Shown here: piece by piece, positions 1-12,122 of the stretch
Position numbering within the stretch: position 1 is the first letter of the stretch
Layout: the number at the start of each line of letters is the position of its first letter
Origin: Phoronis australis
Lineage: Eukaryota; Animalia; Phoronida
Direction: 5' to 3'
Length of the DNA stretch: 64,000 bases
Assembly: GCA_002633005.1 (NCBI GenBank)
Contig: NMRA01000087.1
Location: 756,320-820,319 of the forward strand
Notes under the pieces: model-generated
Database searches by the model: none
What the model saw: only the letters and a program-made list of their open reading frames with translations
Told to the model about the DNA's origin: nothing
Made by a program: the position numbers and the translations under genes

Positions 1-2221
1 GTGAGCTGCGGCGACTGCAGCAGACTGTTGACAGCCAGACAGGTACGAGGGCTGTTGTTATGAAAACCAGCTGGTATGACAGTGATGTAGTACAAAAAAT
101 AGTGGGGGGGGGCGCTGAAGACACGGCGAGCCATTCCTGGCTGTAATAAATTGAGGGGACAACATCTTTGTACGCTCGCTCTCAACTGCACACTTGGTGG
201 TTATATGCTTCATTTGGTTGCAGTCATTGAAAAGGTTGGTTGAGCTGTGCTGTTGTATCAGTGGGAATAATTCTGTTTTCGATGGCATGTCTGGCTTGTT
301 TGTTGGACTGTAAAAATGGTATTTTGGAAGTTGTATTCTTTGTGTTGATTCCGAGCAGGCTGGAGAAAGCACCACCATGACCGTTTTCACCTGTTGACAA
401 GTTGTGTACACAATATAGTCCAATATTCAGGCAACTAAAGTCGTAATTGGACGTTAAGTTCATTGTGTGATCCAAAATCAAATATTTGGTATGACATTGG
501 TCAAGTGTAAATGGTACGGTAATATCTCACCAATTTAGGTCGCAGTATAGCAGAGGCGTGAAATTTTATTTGCTAATTTTTCCTGTAAAGAATGTGTAGC
601 ACCAAAATAATGCTTTGTCATGTTCTGTACATTGGTAACAACAGGCACTATTTTTAGAAAATTTGCGAGCATTCACAGCAAAAGTTTGAAGATCTTGAAA
701 AAAAGGGGCAAATTTGGCAATTATTTTTGTCTGGAATTGGTGAGATTTTACTGTATTAAGTATTTGTTTCACAAAAAGTCTTTTTTGAAGATAATAACAG
801 AACGTATTTTACTGGATCACAAAATAGAGCTATCTTGCCTTCTACATATTTTACTGGTATCTTGACTGAGACTAACTTATATGACTTGTTGTTTCTTCCT
901 ATAGCTACGGTCTCATTTAAGCCAAATCAGGCCACACAGCAATCAGAAGAGACATCTAGTGGTGGTGTTGCAAGTTCGTTAAGCCTCTACACTATGGAGG
1001 CGAAGAACGCTAAATTACAGCGTGACCTGAAGGCTGCCAGACAGTCTCGTGAGGAGGTGGAACAGAAGCTGTCTTCTTACAAGTAAGCCGTGTGAATGAT
1101 TCTTTCTAGTCTGTAAAGCATTCTGGGGAACTCTTCAACACCACGTATACAAATTTCAGGATCTTTTGACCCAGGAAAATGACAAAAGCCATCACAACCC
1201 CCACCCCATATATCAGAGTAGTGTGACTTATTTGAGGTAAAAGGGAGAATCACTTTAGCGCACCTTTGTTGACTAAGGTGGGTTTTTTCCTTGAATCCTG
1301 TCTCAATTCAGGTCTAACTGACTGTCAGTAGTGCTGTGGTATAAGTTAGACCAAGCTGTTTTCTAACTTGTTTGCTTGATTCTCTCTAGATAATTAGAAG
1401 TGTGTTTATCTTCAGTTATTCCATAATGTGATGTGCTGTTGTAGGGTGAAGTATGAGAAACTTAAAGAAATGTACGATGCTTGTAAAAAAACGAGGCCAG
1501 GACTGGAAGGTAAGATAATATATGTTTTCACGAGACACCTATGTCTTTTAATAATGCCTTGTGTAGCCAACAAATCTTCTAACTCTATTCTTTCCAAGTA
1601 GATAAATTTGTGAACACTTGAGACATGGAAGGGTCCTTTCTCTTCAGGCAGTAATCTTTATTGTGCCTCAGTTCATGGTGCAATTTGTTATGTTTTATAC
1701 ATGAGTTATGTTCATCAACTGTTTGGTCACCATCTTGGCTCTAATTAAAGTGCTGAGAGGTCAAATTTGACACAAATGGTGTGGGAGTTGCTTTACTTTA
1801 AAAGCAGACGTGCCAACTGTTCCATATTTAAGGAATGCATTCCATATTGCAAGGAAAAGGTTTTGTGATTCATTATATTTTTGGAAGGTCTGTGTTTGCT
1901 ACTTGCAAAAAGACAAATGCCAATACCTTTTATAGTCTCACTCAGAAAAGTGTACCCTCTGTTGGCGATTTTGTCGCTGTTAATTACATGAACTGGTATG
2001 AAATATTTTTAACAATGAAAATTGTTATTCAAGCTGTTAGCATGATGTTATGTGATCATACTGTAATGTTCTGAAAATCATTTTCAGTTATCACCAACAG
2101 TCCGAAGGCAAGTCCCGTGAAGAAATTAAAAACAAAACTTGACAAGCCCAGTTATAACTTATTTAGCAATAACATTCCAGATGAAGTCGAGGAGGAACCT
2201 CAAGAATGTACGACTCAGTAA
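1..2221 (+). CDS. CENPE: 3' end of a CENP-E-like (kinesin-7) kinetochore protein; exons <1..42, 905..1082, 1445..1509, 2088..2221 (5' partial)
   Basis: Four GT-AG exons join in phase (1,2,1) to give ELRRLQQTVDSQTATVSF...SSGGVASSLSLYTMEAKNAKLQRDL...KYEKLKEMYDACKK...NSPKASPVKK...EEEPQECTTQ*. The coiled-coil composition, C-terminal CaaX box CTTQ and motif order resemble the human CENP-E tail as recalled (NLRRSQQ...GGGSGIVQNTKALILK...NSPKSPK...PECKTQ). The motor domain lies outside the window, so the identity rests on the tail only. Confidence 0.7.
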
Positions 2222-2410
2222 GGCCTTCCGTAAAATATTTCTTGTGTCTCCTTGCGCCACCCTCACTCCTCTGTAGGCTGGTTGTGATGCGCTAATTTTT
2301 GTCTTTCTACAACGGAGGAAAAAAGTCAGTTTGTAGATGAAATTCTTTAGGACGCAAGAATATTTTGCGGTCAGTCATGCTAGGGGATCAACTTAATTTT
2401 GACGGACGCC
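2222..2410. mobile_element. PIF/Harbinger (Tourist)-like MITE with TAA target-site duplication
   Basis: Imperfect TIRs GGCCTTCCGTAAAAT ... ATTTTGACGGACGCC, flanked by TAA at 2219-2221 and 2411-2413. Confidence 0.65.
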
Positions 2411-4203
2411 TAAAAGAGTTGAGGTTTTATTTATGATGTAAACACAAACCCCAGCTAGTAGGTAATAAAGGAGCTTATAATTAAGTTCATTGATTTGATG
2501 TGGTCTGAATTGCAAGGGAACGACTTCCCTTAAACAAGACCTTGATTGTTACTTGAGTACTGGGAGAGTAGTCAATACAGGGAGCGTGACTTATCACCGT
2601 GTTCTCGTTTTTGTTATTCAGTTTATTCAACCGTTATGTGCAGTGCAGTACAGTACGTTGCAGTGTATTACAGTGCTGCACAGTACAGCGCATGACAGTG
2701 TTTTTCTCTGCTTTACTAGATTGTGCACAGTTGCTCATATGCTCTGTAGTATGTACTTTTCCATATGTGTTTCACTGCTTTACACGCCAGGACCTTGTTT
2801 CATTTTAGAGTGGAAATTTATAACATTTGAATGTAAGGCTGTGAGTTTGAATGTGAAAGTTGTATAATATATTTGTATTGTTTCAATTTCCTTTGTTCTC
2901 TTTCTTTCACGATGAAATTGATGAACATTGTTTAAAATGTCCCATCAGGCATTTGGAAAACAACATTATATATCATCAATAGTAGATATATAGGGTCATT
3001 GCTATAATATTTTTCAAACAGTTTTAAAAACTGTCTATTCGAACACAAGATTATGAAATTGACAATTTAATGATTACAAGTTGTAACTGCAGAAGAATAT
3101 TCAATTTCATTAACCTTTCATTATTGTTACATTATTTTTTTTTGGGGGGAAATAGTTCCTAGGATGTCACAAGAGCCCCAGTGGACTGTGAGCAGTGATG
3201 AACTTTAAGGGAATAGGCCGTTAGGCTGGGCCCCCTTCGAGAGGGGCCCCTTCAAATGAACGGAAAATCAAGACGTTTCTTCCTGACAATTGCATTACTT
3301 CTAAAAGCCCTGAGACAGTATGGTAAGGTTCAGATTTTTTGAGGGGACAGAAGGTTGTCTGGCTCTTCCCGTAGCACTTGTGGGGATGGTGACAAAGTGT
3401 TCAGGAATGACTGTTTGCCATATGGTTATACATTTTATCAACATAGCTGCAAAACCTGTGGTTTCCATTCTTTAGAATATGTCTTTCTCACATAAAAGTA
3501 TGTATAAAATTGGATTGGAAAATCTGTCAAGTTTTCATAGACTTTCTGAAAGTATGATACCTGCTCGTTTTAACATATGTGTAGACGATGCATGCTGCAA
3601 AAAATGGATTTTCCTTAATAAATATTCCCTTGTCCCTTTCCTCTAAAGCGCACTGTCATTGAGCCCTTCCAGATAGCTTACAGTAACGGCTTTATTATTT
3701 TTTGAAGTATGTATATCATTTGAAGTGGCTTTTTAACCGCATACCAGTTTATTTGGAGTAGTCCTTACATGTATTCTTTAATCTGGTTACGGCACGAAAC
3801 AATAAATTCACGTTGCCGAGTGAAGTAAATTAAAGGCAGACCGGAAGAGTGGGAAGGGACTACAAATACCTATTCCTCTACTCTGGGTCGAAGGTCAAGG
3901 TTCGTTTTATTATGATCCAGTTTCGGGAAAATTCATTTTATTACGTCCATTCTTTGAAGTAATTTGTGGAAAGAGGTGAGGTTCCTAGGTGCGTGGTATG
4001 AGTGCTTTTGTGGGCGTTTCAGAATTCCTTGATCTGGAACACAGTCTGTAGTCACGTTTCTGGTTGCTGGACCCAAAAATGTACACACTTCAACGTCTGG
4101 AGTTCAAATTCAGTTCTCGTAGGTAACTGAGATTCTACGCAGGCCTGCTGCATGGTTACATCTTATTTGTAACGTGGGTGTCCTTGACATGACGTGCTCC
4201 GTG

Positions 4204-4464
4204 CATGCACGCATCGGGGGGCCGGGGGGCTCGGGGCATCCAAAGAGCCCCTCCCCATTTGGCAAATTGGGTAATAAGGTCCTCCTCAGAGAAACAAAAA
4301 GTCTGAGCAAAATGACACAAAAGTCCCCTAAAAAGGCAGGATTCGGCGTATGCACAATTCATAGCCCTGAGCGAACCCCGTGTTCGTTTTTTTTTTTCTT
4401 CAGTAAAAGGTCCACGTCCTCAAAAATTCGAGAACTAGTATATTTTAGGCTGGGTGCGCGCATG
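4204..4464 (+). mobile_element. Non-autonomous DNA transposon (family A, copy 1) with 5-bp TSD
   Basis: Termini CATGCACGCATC ... GGTGCGCGCATG; CCGTG at both 4199-4203 and 4465-4469; related copies at 6794-6995 and 17426-17667. Confidence 0.8.
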
Positions 4465-5630
4465 CCGTGTGTGTAGTGTGCACGGGAAATGCAAGCATGC
4501 GATTCACCTTTGAAGAACAAAAATTCATTGTCCTTCACGTACTTAGAATATTCCACTGACACAACTTCGGTTGTAGTGGTAATTTGGGCGTTGTGACTAG
4601 TATACAGGGCCGAATTGACACAAAAATGTGACAATTTTCGCTTTGCAGTGCTAACCCAAATTGTCATAATTTTGAAATTTTAACAGTTTGAGACGTTGTG
4701 ACTGTTTGGGCCTGCACAGTGCGGTGTTCCCCCTCATAACACTTTTACGTTAGTGGTACGCAACACGGCCGTATGAAGCGGGAGGTCGGGGAGCACGTGT
4801 CCCTTAAATAATGTGTAGGCTGAGGGTGAAACATTGGCGACCGCTACAGGCGTAAGACCGAGGCAGTCGAGAATAGAAAGACTCACAGAATATTTGACAA
4901 CTGCCAGTGCTGGGCCTTGGCTAAGATAATATTTTTTTGCTGAACAGATCGTTTAATCGCGCTTAAAAACTAAGGATCTTAATCAAAAAACGTAAGCAAA
5001 ACTACTACGTCCACATTATCATTATTGATTGAATTTACGGGTCATTGACCCTCTTTGTTCTCCCACTATTGGTTTAGTTGTGCCACGTGATTTCTTTGTC
5101 TCGTCGCAACATTAATGTGTCATCGTCCATAATTCTCGTCAATTTTGCATTTTTTCAGTCAATTTCTATATCCCTCCCTCCCTTAATCCAATTTTTCTTT
5201 CTTCTTTCCCTTTACTCTCAATTTTCTCATGTTGTTTTAACATTTATGTATAGGCCTACCTTCGTTATACCTGCAGTAATGCCGATTTTTCGGCAGATTA
5301 TCACCCACCTTTACAGCTCAACGCATTTTGTATTTATCAATATCTGTAGTTGTTTAATTTGTCATGGTATATAATTATGACCTTTTATCGCACCCTGACG
5401 GCGCGCACTGTACACTAGCTTCGGTATCGCTTCGCAGTTAGCGCATAGTTATAAAAAACAAAGTCTGAATGGTTTGACGATAACCGTCCACACTTTTTCC
5501 AAAGAATAATTATATTTCTTTTGAAGATCACTAGTAGAAAAGCAGTGTAGTGATGAAGAAAAGGGAGTTGTTCGCCCGCGCGCACCAGACTGTTGATGAC
5601 CGTGCACAGTGTAGGCGTACATAAGTCAAA

Positions 5631-5760
5631 AGGCTTTTCCATACTAGGGTCGACGCGCCTAGTGTTTTGAGGAGTTGTGGTCAGTATGCACGGTTAACTT
5701 CGGCACTGGATCGAATTTAATAGCGCCATTTAACTTAGCAGTAAACATGTGTACTAGTAA
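5631..5760 (+). mobile_element. Repeat family B end fragment (Harbinger-like MITE)
   Basis: GAGGAGTTGTGGTCAGTATGCACGGTTAACTTCGGCACTGGATC matches the reverse complement of about 34097-34145; termini AGGCTTTTCCATAC and AGGCCCTTTCACAC. The inner boundary is approximate. Confidence 0.5.
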
Positions 5761-6793
5761 TCGCAAACAAAGATTTCTTCGAGTAGATCGAAGTGTACTG
5801 AGCAGACTACCAAGAATGAATCATAATTGACGGCAAAAAAAAATCTAGGTGAGGATACGCGGGCCAACCCCCGTGAGGTGTAACTGTCTTCCAGGCTCTC
5901 CCGCTTGCCCTCCAGGTATCTGTTCGCATGCTTCGAGAATCGCCAGAATTTCCATATAGGCCTAGTAAATTACAGATTTAACGATATGCGGTTAACTCAA
6001 AGGTGCCCTCGGAACCAATATTTGTTCCTATAAGGTGTGTCTTTTGTATTTGTATTCGTATTGTGTTACCAAGTGGTGCTACGGTGACCTTAGACGCAGG
6101 CTGAAATTCGCACGGAAAACCTCTATCGCCCGACCAGCAACAGCAAAGTGCACTAGTTCATTTTTGCTACGAGACGAGTCTTGACCTTACTAAGGATTTG
6201 ATTTTCACTCTTCGTAATACACGAAATTATAGCCGAAGTATCCGACACGATGTTCAGTATGCTATTTCTCCCCGTTAGATTTCGCGGATTTCATAGCCTA
6301 CTGCACGGTAAGAATTTCTCACGTTCCTCAGTTAAAACAAATTTTAGAGGGATTTTGTCTATACGTATTTTCGCACCCTAATAAAGGGAATTTCAGAAAA
6401 CTACGTGTGATGACAGAATCCCACACCACTAATGCGTAATAACGCACGTAACGTGTCCAGGTCTCAGTAAAATTTTATTTAAACTCGGAACCCACGTTTC
6501 TCGATCAGTGGTGACATGCCATGATCTTCCCGGGGTTTGCCCTCAAACGGTATACTAAACTTTGCACGCCTATGGCGGGAGGTGCCAGCCAATTGTCGGC
6601 TACCGCCGGGGATGCAAAAGGCCGTTGATGAAAATTGGATCACCGGGAGCGAATTGAAATTTAATTTGTGCCCGCCCCGCTTTACTTTAATCTTATCATT
6701 CCTAGTGCGTAAACCCAAAGTAAAATAGCGAAGAGTGATCTGATCACTGACATTGCCGTGTATGCCTCAGACATGCAACCAAGGGCCCAAGTT

Positions 6794-6995
6794 CATGCGC
6801 GCACTCAGCCTAAAAATGGGGGTCGAATTATTGAGAATGTGGACCTTTTACTAATTCACGGGTTACGTTCAGAGCTATGAATTGTGCATTCAATCGCCAA
6901 AGTTTCAGTGGTGCTGCCTATTAGTGGACTTTTGTCTCGTTTTCTACTTTTTTCGTAGTTTTTGTTTCTCTGAGGCAGACCTTTTTGCCAACTTC
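6794..6995 (-). mobile_element. Family A copy 2 (inverted, truncated)
   Basis: Starts CATGCGCGCACTCAGCCTAAAA, the reverse complement of the family A right end; shares the GTGGACCTTTTACT, GCTATGAATTGTG and TTTCTCTGAGG blocks. Confidence 0.75.
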
Positions 6996-7844
6996 GTTCA
7001 CGTATATGGCGTTGCCTAATCAGTGCAGCACTTTCAAGGAGTTCATGATTGATAGTCTCACTTGCTATTAAACTAAACGTGCACTGTCAGAAGCTGTCAG
7101 TCGTGGACTCCGCCGCCAGCGATATAAGTCCAAGCAGACTGTAGGTACCATGGAATGGAAAAGGTTTGATCGTTTTCGTAATGTTCATTGAGCGCAGGGA
7201 CTGAGAACTATTGGTCCCGGCTTTGAGATCTTGATTGTAGTCACCACACTGACAGAGCAGGCCTACCGGTCAAATTATCAGTGAAGTATACCGTTGGATA
7301 AAGGCCGCCTAGGGTGATGTGACGATTCACTAGAATTTTCGAAAAATAATTCCCACACATCATGACGGGCAAGTGAAAAAATTACCGCCGGAGTAGCACA
7401 GCTACGACAAAATCACAACCCCCACTGACTTTTGGTGTAGAAATTGAGGCAACCCGGCAGCCAGGTATGTATAGTTTTGTTACAAATGAGTTTTTAGTAG
7501 CCTACAAGCTCATCGATCGTTGTCACTTCGAATCTTGGCGCTCAATTTGGCAAAGAGAGCACAGGAAAAATTGAAGAAGATGAACTAACACTGCTACTGG
7601 AAGCACTAACATGGGCTAGATCACTGTTAAGCAAATGTTCTCATGGTCGCTCTGACGGCAGTCGGGGTCTCAGTCCACTCTGTGACCCTGTATGCAAATT
7701 ACATGGCAACGCAACAGGGCGATTGGCTGTGACGATAATTGCTACGGATAGGGTCTCCATTTAGTTTATTCAAATCAACTGAGTGGCACACTAATGCTTT
7801 TGTGCAACACTGGGTTCTGCCGGTCAATTTTCTCATTGAGATCC

Positions 7845-8102
7845 ATTGATTGGTATTCAAGACAACAAAAGGTAATCCTCATTGTGTTATCACAAAGTCC
7901 CGATAGATGCCGCTGAAAACCCACGCTGAACAAAGACTCGGTAAATTCCGGCAAACTTCGACTTGCATGTTGATTGGTTGATAAAAATAAAGCGAATCCC
8001 CATTGGTCAACTAAGTTACCGAAGTCCTCAACCATTTTGTAAGCCTATACTATTCACTTTGGCGGGCGTCCGTTGTTGTTAACAGTAGTGCGAATCGTGA
8101 AA
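7845..8102 (+). promoter_or_regulatory. Putative H2A.Z promoter and 5' UTR
   Basis: Three inverted CCAAT boxes (ATTGG near 7848, 7973, 8002), CCATTTT (YY1-like, about 8032) and TTTGGCGG (E2F-like, 8058-8065) directly upstream of the ATG exon. Motif matches only. Confidence 0.55.
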
Positions 8103-11100
8103 ATGGTAAGTGCTGAAATCGTCAAAATTTTCTTAAAAAATCGCACCATCAGCCTCAAAACACATAACCTGTTGAATGATTACAGATTTATCTAACACAG
8201 TTGATTAAAATTTTGAAATATTTTTTTGTATTTTCTTTAAAAAGTCGATCTGTTTTCAGGCTGCAGGTAAAGCTGGTAAAGATTCCGGAAAGGCAAAGGC
8301 CAAGGCTATTTCTCGCTCAGCAAGGGCCGGTTTACAGGTAATTTATTGCAATAAATACTCCTCATATTATTTGCTGTTAAGTTAATAGTGTAATTTTGCA
8401 GGTGACCGGACAATTGCTGTGAAATGCATGTGGTTTTTACGTTAAAAGGTAATACAAGTTCTTGTTTAGAAATGGCGCCAAAACTCAAACCGTTGTTTTG
8501 TTTTTAGTTTCCAGTTGGTCGTATCCACAGACACTTGAAAACCAGAACAACAAGTAATGGGCGGGTTGGTGCAACTGCAGCAGTTTACAGTGCAGCAATT
8601 TTAGAGTACTTGACAGCTGAGGTAATTTTCTTCTGTAATTCATTGTTCTAAAGCATACGTTCAAAATTTGAATTGCATTTGGCATTAATCAACCTCTTTC
8701 ATTTATTGGGTAAGGCAATGGCCTGATATAATGTGCCTGTATTTTTAGAACGAGTTTGATGGGCCTGTTATTCAGTGGAGAAAACTGGGTCTCAAAATTT
8801 GGGCACATTATATTAGACCATTACCGTTGTGTAATGGTGTGGTCACGTTTCGTGTTAAGAGGTTATTCAAATCATGGAAACAACTGGTTCGAAGTAAAAA
8901 CTGAGGTTTCCAAACTTTTGTCGTGATAATTTTAAGTTAATCTAAGCAACAGCCTGCTACCTTCTATAATGTCAAAGTATAAGCTAGGAACTCCTGTGTG
9001 TCAGCTTCATATGACCATGCAAGTTATGCTCATCACCTCGTCGTTAAACTTAATCTATGTGGAGAGCAAACAGCTGGCAGGGGTTCATGCAAAATTTGGG
9101 AGTCAACCTACACTCACCTTGGTCGTTAGTTACAGTTCTTTATAGCGGAAAACATCCTAATAACTGTCATTTTCTTGCATAATGCTCAGACTAATGGTAA
9201 CAAGGAAATTACTTGTCATCTACTTGTGAGATGCACATGCAAAGTTTTTTTCAACATCTTTGTCGAAGCATAATTTGCTCAGAAATTTAGTTTGCTAATA
9301 TTGAAGTACTAAAAATTATAATGAAGTGAAACAAATTCAGTAAACTTGGTGTGAACTGTGTGCAACCTTGTAGAACACTTCACTGAAGAATCAATGAAAA
9401 ATGAAATTTACCAATAGTTTGTCATGGTGTTGAAAGCCTCACCACTCCACAAACTTAGTAGTTACTCATGATTCTTGTTTTTAATGGCATTAGTTTTGTG
9501 TCTGATTATATTTGGGCAGTTTTTGTACCCACATTGGTGCGAACCTGTATATTTATGTAGTTTTGCACCAAGACTAAGCGCATACTAGTAAATTAGACAT
9601 TTAAGATTTTGTGGATTTTATTGTTTAAACAAAAACATCCATTTTACATTGACTGACTCTAGTGAATGTTTTTTATCAGTCAACAGATGTCAACTGACTT
9701 ACTGCCCTCTAACACATCACTGGGTCACTTGCGTTGATGATTTTTTTATAAAAACCAACATTTATTTCTGCATATATTCTTTAACAAAAATTAGGTTCAC
9801 TGTTTATGCATTCAACTAAAAATAATTTGATTGCCATAGTTGCATTTCTATTTGAATGGAAGCTCTTATATTGGCAATTTTTGCTTTCAATTGAAACATC
9901 AGTAAACCTGCAATCCATCCCAAGGGTACTTTTGTTTTAGGCCAGTTACCACTAAAGTTGCAGTGTTTTCCACAACCTGTTTTGGCTCATCACTGTGTAA
10001 AGTTTGAATTATGTCGTGGCAAGTTTGGCTTGTGTTAAGTTTGAAAACTTTTGCAGCAAGTACCAAACAAGTCGCTTTTTATTATCTAGAATTGCCTTAG
10101 AATTTTGGTCTGCGAAATGCATTACACTGACCAAATCTTGGGTGTTTATCCGCAATTCTACAGTATCTATCAATTTTTATAGCCTTAAGTTTGGGCTACT
10201 GGAGTTATTTGTTGGTGTCTTGCTTTATACATTTTTTGTTTTATTCTTTTGTGCATTAATATATTTAACCCTCCAGTACCAGCAAAGCTTTATTGGGCTG
10301 TGTGCTGCAACTCAAGACTGTAAAAAGTGGATACGTGATGTTTTTGACATCATGCCATAATTAACCTGGCAATTCCAAAACTGAGGTCAATAATATAGTG
10401 CATTTTCCTGTCTAGAGGACCAAGAGTTCCATGTGGCATTGTCATATTGGATTTTTACACTGAGCACCCTTCAAGAGATTTCATTTGATTTTGGAACTAG
10501 TGAAGGCATTCCTCATCTAGTGTACTTTCGTACTAAGACCTGAATTGCTGTGGCACCCACAGTCTTTTCCTTGACAACAGGTGACTACTTTTTTGGCTAG
10601 TACCCAACTTACACTGCGCCTCCTGATGGCTCTTGAAATTAAGCAATTGGATTTCTATTAAGGAGACCACGACACCTCATCATTTTTGGACGGGTTCAAC
10701 ATTTTCTGCACCATCTAGTTGTCATTTTTATGATACTTAATAAACATCTCTTGAAGCATGCAGTTGTGTTAGCCTAATAAGTAGTGGTGTCCCAAAGATA
10801 ATCTAGGACTCCCATGAATGTCGGAAGTGAAGATCATTGCAATTACTAAAAAACTTCCCAAATCTGAGTGGGTGACTTAAAGGTGTTTTAATCGTGGCAA
10901 TGTTCAACCATGCATTGAAAGAAAGAGTGCAACAGTGACTGCTTTGTACTTTGATTGTTAACAATATGCATAATGTTTGTAATCTCGTGTTGATATCTAC
11001 CTATTGGTTGGTTTCAGGTGCTCGAGTTGGCAGGTAACGCCAGTAAAGATCTGAAGGTGAAGCGTATCACGCCGCGTCACTTGCAGTTGGCCATTCGTGG

Positions 11101-11678
11101 AGACGAAGAATTGGACTCGTTAATCAAAGCTACTATTGCTGGTGGTGGTAAGTGTACTGTTGCTGCTGGTGGCCACTTGGAACTTGTCCTATCACTATTG
11201 AGACCTAGTTTGGTGCATCTCTCAACTGGTGTAGGTCGAATGATCTGCTGGCTGAGCTTGAAAGGTTGTGACTTGTAGGTCAATAAATACAATGTAGATA
11301 ACAAAAATTCACTTTATTTTAACCAGTTACTGACTTAACCAACTAATTGAGCATTTTCTCTAGCTATAAAACAATTGTTCTGAGTATGGAGAAACGGGGA
11401 CCAGTTACATGGTAGGAAGTGGTCAATTTAGAGAGTCGGTGTTATGACTGAAGAGGGGGGGGAGCATTGACACCTTTGTAAATACTGCAATGGAGATTTT
11501 AAATTGAGACATATGTTGAACAGAAGGAAATGTCTCATCTGTGTGCTGTATGAACTGAGGGTAAATGCATCCTTAGAAGTTTACATGGAACTGTAACCAG
11601 TATTTTTGCCTTCCAGGTGTTATTCCACATATCCACAAGTCTCTGATTGGCAAGAAGGGATCGCAGAAAGGACAATAG
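8103..11678 (+). CDS. H2AZ: Histone H2A.Z (H2A.V), 128 aa; exons 8103..8105, 8260..8337, 8508..8621, 11018..11147, 11617..11678
   Basis: Spliced product [128 protein letters not shown]. The ATG-only first coding exon and five-exon layout are typical of animal H2A.Z. Confidence 0.98.
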
Positions 11679-12116
11679 ATTATATGCACCTCTTGGTTGG
11701 CTCAGGTTCCCGCAAGCCGCATTTAAATTTATACAAAACCTTTTATATAGTGTCTCTGGTAGGATGTGCCACTGTGAGACAGATTGCATTTGTGTCTCGT
11801 CTCTTACGTTAACGGGCAGCGTCCGTCAGTCGTAGTTTTTAGTTGGGAGATTGCTAGGGGGCATGATTGTGTAACTATATGTGTTTGTGTAGAGACTGAA
11901 TTTTAGAATTTTAGCCGTCTTTATGTTCTCATTCCACGTGAATCCTCATAGTAACCTTTCTTGTAGCCGTTTCCGTTGAAGTGTAATTATTTCTACGAGC
12001 AGTCAGGACTTGACACTCACAGCTGTTGTACCCGTTTCAAACATCACCACCTGTACAGATAGACAGAACATTCTGAAGTTCTAAGTAATTTAATATTTTT
12101 GATTCTGACCGTTTTT

Positions 12117-12122
12117 AATAAA
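12117..12122 (+). terminator. Probable H2A.Z polyadenylation signal
   Basis: AATAAA about 440 nt after the stop, followed by GT-rich sequence (TGTATTGTGTCT). Confidence 0.6.

Noticed and set aside
11148-11278. Alternative H2A.Z C-terminus by read-through of exon 4
   Set aside because: A strong G|GTAAGT donor and a canonical exon 5 explain the gene; the read-through peptide has no supporting feature.
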